From positions 5,332,001-5,396,000 of the forward strand of contig OZ024762.1 of assembly GCA_964016885.1 (NCBI GenBank): a stretch of DNA of 64,000 bases. The letters run 5' to 3'. Below, piece by piece: positions 58,408 through 64,000 of the stretch; the stretch's first letter is position 1; each line of letters starts with the position of its first letter. The notes below the pieces were generated by a model, which did no database searches, had not been told where the DNA came from, and saw only the letters and a list, made by a program, of their open reading frames with translations. The position numbers were made by a program, and so were the translations under genes. This DNA comes from Eledone cirrhosa (taxonomy: Eukaryota).

Positions 58408-59550
58408 TTTCTTTATTTGCCACAAGGGCGCACAAGAAAGGGATATTACAAGACGTGGCGGTGGGGTTTTACATAAAATCTTTAACAATAATGGATGACA
58501 ATAAACTATATATAAAATAAAGATAAAACAATCGAAATCCCCAATAGGAGGAGAGGGGGGGGGGGGCGTTACTGCGGGGTTGTTTTACACCCCGTGGATA
58601 GAACAACCCTCAACACCAGGAACACGTTTTGTAGGTGTTTCTGTCTTCCCTTTGTTTGTCTTCCTCAACCTCCAGGTTTATATACAGAGAAGGCCCAATC
58701 ACTCGGGCCAGTTCCCCCACATTCCCCCACCTTTCAGCCAAGTTACTGGGGTGTAGCACCTCTCTCTTCACTCTCACCTTCCATCTGAAGTGGTATTTAA
58801 AGAAGGGGATGAGCTGTTGTCCGGAGAGGAAGGTGTTTGCCCTCAGTCCTTTTAACCTCGTCCACCATATTACCTCTTTCGCCATAGCCACCAGACAGAG
58901 GAAAAGCGCTTCCAAGTATTGATGGTCGACCGTATCGAACGCCTTAGACTGATCTAAATTGATTAGAGCCCCACCGAAGCCGGGTTTATACCCCACCCTC
59001 TCTATGATGTATCGCATGAGGTGGAGGTTGTCGTGTATAGACCTGGTCGGGATTGCACACGTTTGCGCTTTCCCTACCAGGTTCTCGACGACATGCGCCA
59101 GCCTCGTTGCTAACACCTTGGCCAAAATCTTTAACTCTGTGTTGAGCAGAGTTATGGGCCTAAAGCTGCTTAGTTCGTCCCCCTTATTCTCGTCTTTCCT
59201 GATCAGCGTTATTACTGCAGAACTGGGAATTCTCCCGTTCTGCTGCCAGTTGCAGTAGACGGCTTCGAGGACGCCAAAGAACAGGTCCGGCATGCCTATG
59301 TAAAACTCATAGGGTAGACCATCTAGACCGGGCGATTTGCGTTTCCTGCAGCAGCCCAGAGCGTCCCGTATCTCAGTGGCTGTGATCGGTTTTTCGCAGA
59401 ACTCGGCGTCCATGTTCGAGAGACGCGGCAGGCCGTCGAGGTATGAACCGAAGTCCATCTCCCCGTTTGGCGCACCGTCGCTCTGCTCGAACAGTTGCGC
59501 AAAGTGCCGCTGAAAGGCCGTGCACACCTGCTTGGAGTCAAGTAGCACCT
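58408..59550 (-). mobile_element. Tx1/L1-clade LINE, 5'-truncated and internally deleted
   Basis: KSPGLDGLPYEFY, FRPITLLNTELKILAKVLATRL, QTCAIP.RSIHDN, LDQSKAFD.VDH fused to C-terminal AKEVIWWTR; 3' end AATAAAG-(ATCT)n. Confidence 0.9.
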
Positions 59551-59677
59551 GTGATATTCATTTCAACGCTCCCATTTCCACTTACGGTGGGAAACGCTTC
59601 AATTTTATCATTCATAGTTATAAAAACAATTCCTTATAAATTTTTTTCTTAAAATTAAATTTTCGCCCTTGGGTAGA

Positions 59678-59755
<78 letters not shown>

Positions 59756-59756
<1 letters not shown>

Positions 59757-60087
59757 TATTTCTTTATTAGCCACAGGGGCACAAAAGAAGGGGACAAGTA
59801 CAAAGGGGGAAGTTTACATACAATAAAAACGTGTAAAATGTTATCACAAATGGAATTTAAAAAGTTAGTCGATTTTCCCCAATAGAGGGAGACAGTTTAT
59901 ATGGGTAACACATACCCCCGAAAAAAAATGTGCAACCCTCATCTCCAGGAGTACGAAGAGCTTGTACTCCTTTCCTCTCCTCCTCCTTTTCCTCAACCTA
60001 CAGGCTGATATAGAGAGAAGGCCCATTCACTCGGGCCATTCTCGCCACTTTCACCCACCTTTCATAAAACTTGCTGGGGTACAGCAT
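59756..60087 (-). mobile_element. Second Tx1-like 3' end within (GATA)n
   Basis: Similar to 58408-58760 (TTTCTTTATT.GCCACA.GGG; GAGAAGGCCCA.TCACTCGGGCCA); GATA repeats on both sides. Confidence 0.8.
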
Positions 60088-60344
60088 AGATAGATAGATA
60101 GATAGATATATAAATAGATATATACAGAGACATGGCAGCGATAATGAGGGACAGAGACCGCTGGAGAGAACTCGTCCATGGATCTCGGGAATTTTACCCG
60201 CCTTAGATAGATAGATATATATAGAGATATTGATAGGTACACTTCATACTTTATTTAGATCGATCTTGAAATCATGAAAGGAAAAGTTGACCTCGGTTGG
60301 ATTTCAACTCTGAGCACGGATAGTCAGAACAAATTTAAGTTGTC

Positions 60345-60495
60345 CCTCCCCCTCTCAGTGAGCGAGACGAGCCTCGGGAAGGCCCGCCTCCCAAAGGGGG
60401 CCCACACCGGTTGACCGGTGAGGAATACCTGGAGGTGCCGTAGCCTCAATGCGTGTTTACACATTTTTAGCCACGGCATCTCCAGCCCTCCTTTC
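60345..60495 (-). mobile_element. Tx1-like internal fragment
   Basis: GGLEMPWLKMCKHALRLRHL...W (GGL..P post-RT motif). Confidence 0.55.
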
Positions 60496-61421
60496 AGATA
60501 GACAGACAGACAGACCACCAGACAGACCACCAGACAGACAGACAGACTATATCTGAACATCACCATTGCAGTTGTTTTTTCCATAATTCCAGTCTCACTC
60601 CAATTCAGACATTCTTACATTCTTTTCCGATCGCTCTTCCTTTATTCTTTTATTCTCACACAATCTCTCGTTATTTTCATTGACAAAAAAAAAACATATC
60701 TATCTTATTCATACACACACACATACACACACGCATACACATACACATTCAGAGACACGTACACACACATAGACACACACACATATACATTTACACACAT
60801 ACACATACAGAGACACGTACACACACATAGACACACACACATATACATTTACACACATACACATACAGAGACACGTACACATACACATACAGAGACACGT
60901 ACACACACAGAGACACACACACACACACACATTTACACATACAGAGACACACACATACAGAGAAACATACATACTCATACAGTGAGACATACACACGTAC
61001 ACAAGCACACAGACACACGATAAAACATACACTTACACACACACACATACTGATATACATACACACACACACACACACAGAAACAAACGTGCATACACAC
61101 AAACACACACATACAGACAGAAATACACAAACACACAGACACATGGACACAAGGACACACATACACGGACACACAGACACATGAACACACACAGACACAC
61201 ACGGACACACACACACACACACACGGACACACAGACACATGAACACACACAGACACACGGACACATGAACACACACAGACACATCAACACAGACACACAA
61301 ACACACACGCACACACACGAACACACACATCAACACAGACATCAACACAGACACACAAACACACACACACACACACACACACACATGAACACACACAGAC
61401 ACACAGACACATCAACGCAGA

Positions 61422-61458
<37 letters not shown>

Positions 61459-61465
61459 CAACACA

Positions 61466-61508
<43 letters not shown>

Positions 61509-61900
61509 ATGAACACACAGACACATCAACACAGACACACAAACACACACACACACAGAAACACACACAGACACATGAACACACACACACAGAGTGCACG
61601 TGTATGTGTGTTATTGAGAATATTTCCCCACGGAAGCGACAACAGTTACATGTCTATCTTCCTATTGTCTGGATCTTTCCAGAATTATTATGTCAACAAT
61701 CATCATCAGCATCATTATCATTATTAGGGCAGTAGATTGACAGAATCAGTAGAGTGTCAGACAAGATAATTTGCGGCATTACGTACAACTTTCTATGTAA
61801 CGACGAAAGGATTTCAAACCCCTCAGCGGGATTGGTGTCGATCTCATCGACTTTCTCCTTCCCCCCAAATTGTTGGTCATATATCAGAAGCCACTATCAT

Positions 61901-62034
61901 TTGGCAGTATCGGTAGAGGGTCGGACGCCATGTTTTCCAGCATAGTTACATCCCTTTACGATCTGAGTTCAAATCCCGCCGAGGTTGACTTTGCCTTTCA
62001 TCCTTACGGGGTCGATAAAATAAAGTACCAGTAA
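61901..62034 (+). mobile_element. tRNA-derived SINE (S1), 3'-truncated
   Basis: TTGGCAGTATCGG...GAGTTCAAATCCCGCCGAGG...AAAGTACCAGTA. Confidence 0.88.
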
Positions 62035-62043
62035 TGTAGTTAC

Positions 62044-63154
62044 ACACATTGTAGAGCTAGCCTAGGGTACTAGATGCCCAGACATACACTGTAGAGCTAG
62101 CCTAGGGTACTAAATACCCAAACATACATTGTAGAGCTAGCCTAGGGTACTAGATGCCCAGACATACACTGTAGAGCTAGCCTAGGGTACTAAATACCCA
62201 AACATACATTGTAGAGCTAGCCTAGGGTACTAAATACCCAGACATACATTGTAGAGCTAGCCTAGGGTACTAAATACCCAAACATACATTGTAGAGCTAG
62301 CCTAGGGTACTAAATACCCAGACATACATTGTAGAGCTAGCCTAGGGTACTAAATACCCAAACATACATTGTAGAGCTAGCCTAGGGTACTAAATACCCA
62401 AACATACATTGTAGAGCTAGCCTAGGGTACTAAATACCCAAACATACATTGTAGAGCTAGCCTAGGGTACTAAATACCCAAACATACATTGTAGAGCTAG
62501 CCCAGAGTACTGAATACCCAGATATACACTGTAGAGCTAGCCTAGGGTACTAAATACCCAGACATACACTGTAGAGCTAGCCTAGGGTACTAAATACCCA
62601 GACATACACTGTAGAGCTAGCCTAGGGTACTAAATACCCAGACATACACTGTAGAGCTAGCCTAGGGTACTAAATACCCAGACATACACTGTAGAGCTAG
62701 CCCAGAGTACTGAATACCCAGATATACATTGTAGAGCTAGCCCAGGGTACTAAATACCCAGACATACATTGTAGAGCTAGCTAGGGTACTAAATACCCAG
62801 ACATACATTGTAGAGCTAGCCTAGGGTACTAAATACCCAGACATACATTGTAGAGCTAGCCTAGGGTACTAGATGCCCAGACATACATTATAGAGCTAGC
62901 CTAGGGTACTAAATACCCAGACATACATTGTAGAGCTAGCCCAGGGTACTAAATACCCAGACATACATTGTAGAGCTAGCCCAGGGTACTGAATACCCAG
63001 ACATACATTGTAGAGCTAGCCCAGGGTACTGAATACCCAGATATACATTGTAGAGCTAGCCCAGGGTACTGAATACCCAGATATACATTGTAGAGCTAGC
63101 CCAGGGTACTAAATACCCAGACATACATTGTAGAGCTAGCCCAGGGTACTGAAT
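62044..63154. repeat. 40-bp minisatellite, about 27 copies
   Basis: GTAGAGCTAGCCTAGGGTACTAAATACCCAGACATACATT. Confidence 0.96.
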
Positions 63155-63651
63155 ATCTTGGGTAAAACATCAACATCACTTCAAAGATTTGTTCAATGTT
63201 GTGGTTACTATGGTAACGATATAGCCATAGGTCAACCCCGACCCTACATAGAGATTTATGATCAAATGTGTTCCAGTTGTGACCATCTCCTCTCATCATC
63301 TAATGTCTCCTGTTTTAAGACACTTGAATGAAATTTTGAGGTTGTTGTTGTTGTTGCCGTGGTTGTTGTCATTGTTGTTATTGTTGTAGTTGTTGTTGTT
63401 GTTGTAGTTGTTGTTGTCGTAGTTGTTGTTGTAGTTGTTGTCGTTGTTGTAGTTATTGTTGTTATTGTTGTTGTTGTCGTTGTTGTTGTTGTCATTGTTG
63501 TTTATGTGGTGATTAGAATTTTATGTGTTTTTTTAAGTTGTTCCAGACAATAAACATTACCATAGCAACACTAACTGTTCCAACACCGCCAATCAATGTC
63601 ATCAACATCATCATCGCCATCATCCTCATCACCATCGCCATTACCATCACT

Positions 63652-63682
<31 letters not shown>

Positions 63683-63799
63683 CTACCACCACCACCATCA
63701 TGAAACAGACATTTAGACATACTGATACACACACACATTTATATATATATATATATATACATGAAGAGTAACAAAAAGTGCTGACATCATTGTTGTGTG

Positions 63800-64000
63800 A
63801 GACACGTTCTGACAGGCGTGACCGGACCTTCAAGCAGATCAAGGCACGTGTGCAACATCGATTGAGAGTCATGCAGGATACCTGGTGGAGAAAAATTGCT
63901 AATGAAGTCCAGAAAGCCTCTGATAGACATGATACAATCTGCTCAGGGAGGTGTATGGTCCAACCGGTCTACAAATATCACCACTTCGCTCCAAAGTCGG
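63800..64000 (+). mobile_element. RTE (BovB-like) LINE fragment, EN-RT linker, runs off the window
   Basis: FKQIKARVQHRLRVMQDTWWRKIANEVQKASDRHD...EVYGP. Confidence 0.7.

Noticed and set aside
62044-63154. CRISPR-like appearance of this and other arrays (16045, 32261, 39480, 45900, 54285, 56690)
   Set aside because: Head-to-tail units with no unique spacers, no cas genes, eukaryotic context.

Overview
Eukaryotic, extremely microsatellite-rich genomic DNA. The SINE/LINE landscape suggests an octopod cephalopod (inference). The only host coding sequence I can support is the first coding exon of a ZSWIM4/5/6-like gene (minus strand, 12121-12484); everything below it is read as intron. The rest is (TA)n/(TACA)n/(CA)n/(GA)n tracts, about ten minisatellites, truncated non-LTR retrotransposons (CR1-like, RTE, R4/Dong-like, Tx1-like, Penelope GIY-YIG), a Helitron helicase fragment, Tc1/mariner-pogo MITEs and tRNA-derived SINEs. 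The main signal not explained by the ORF track is a dense set of short (60-500 bp) non-coding elements wedged into (TA)n tracts. Many carry minimal type-I hammerhead ribozyme motifs (YUGANRA-stem II-GAAA-short, often palindromic stem III-UH) from about 8-10 unrelated sequence families. Many are fold-back palindromes whose turning points show extra A/T tracts or reiterated oligomers. One is a retrozyme-like 1.5-mer, one family has about 11 copies, and a tRNA-Gln copy has the same fold-back architecture. Together this looks like a Penelope-driven, ribozyme-associated, (TA)n-targeting non-autonomous element system. All structures were read by eye; none was computed or database-checked.
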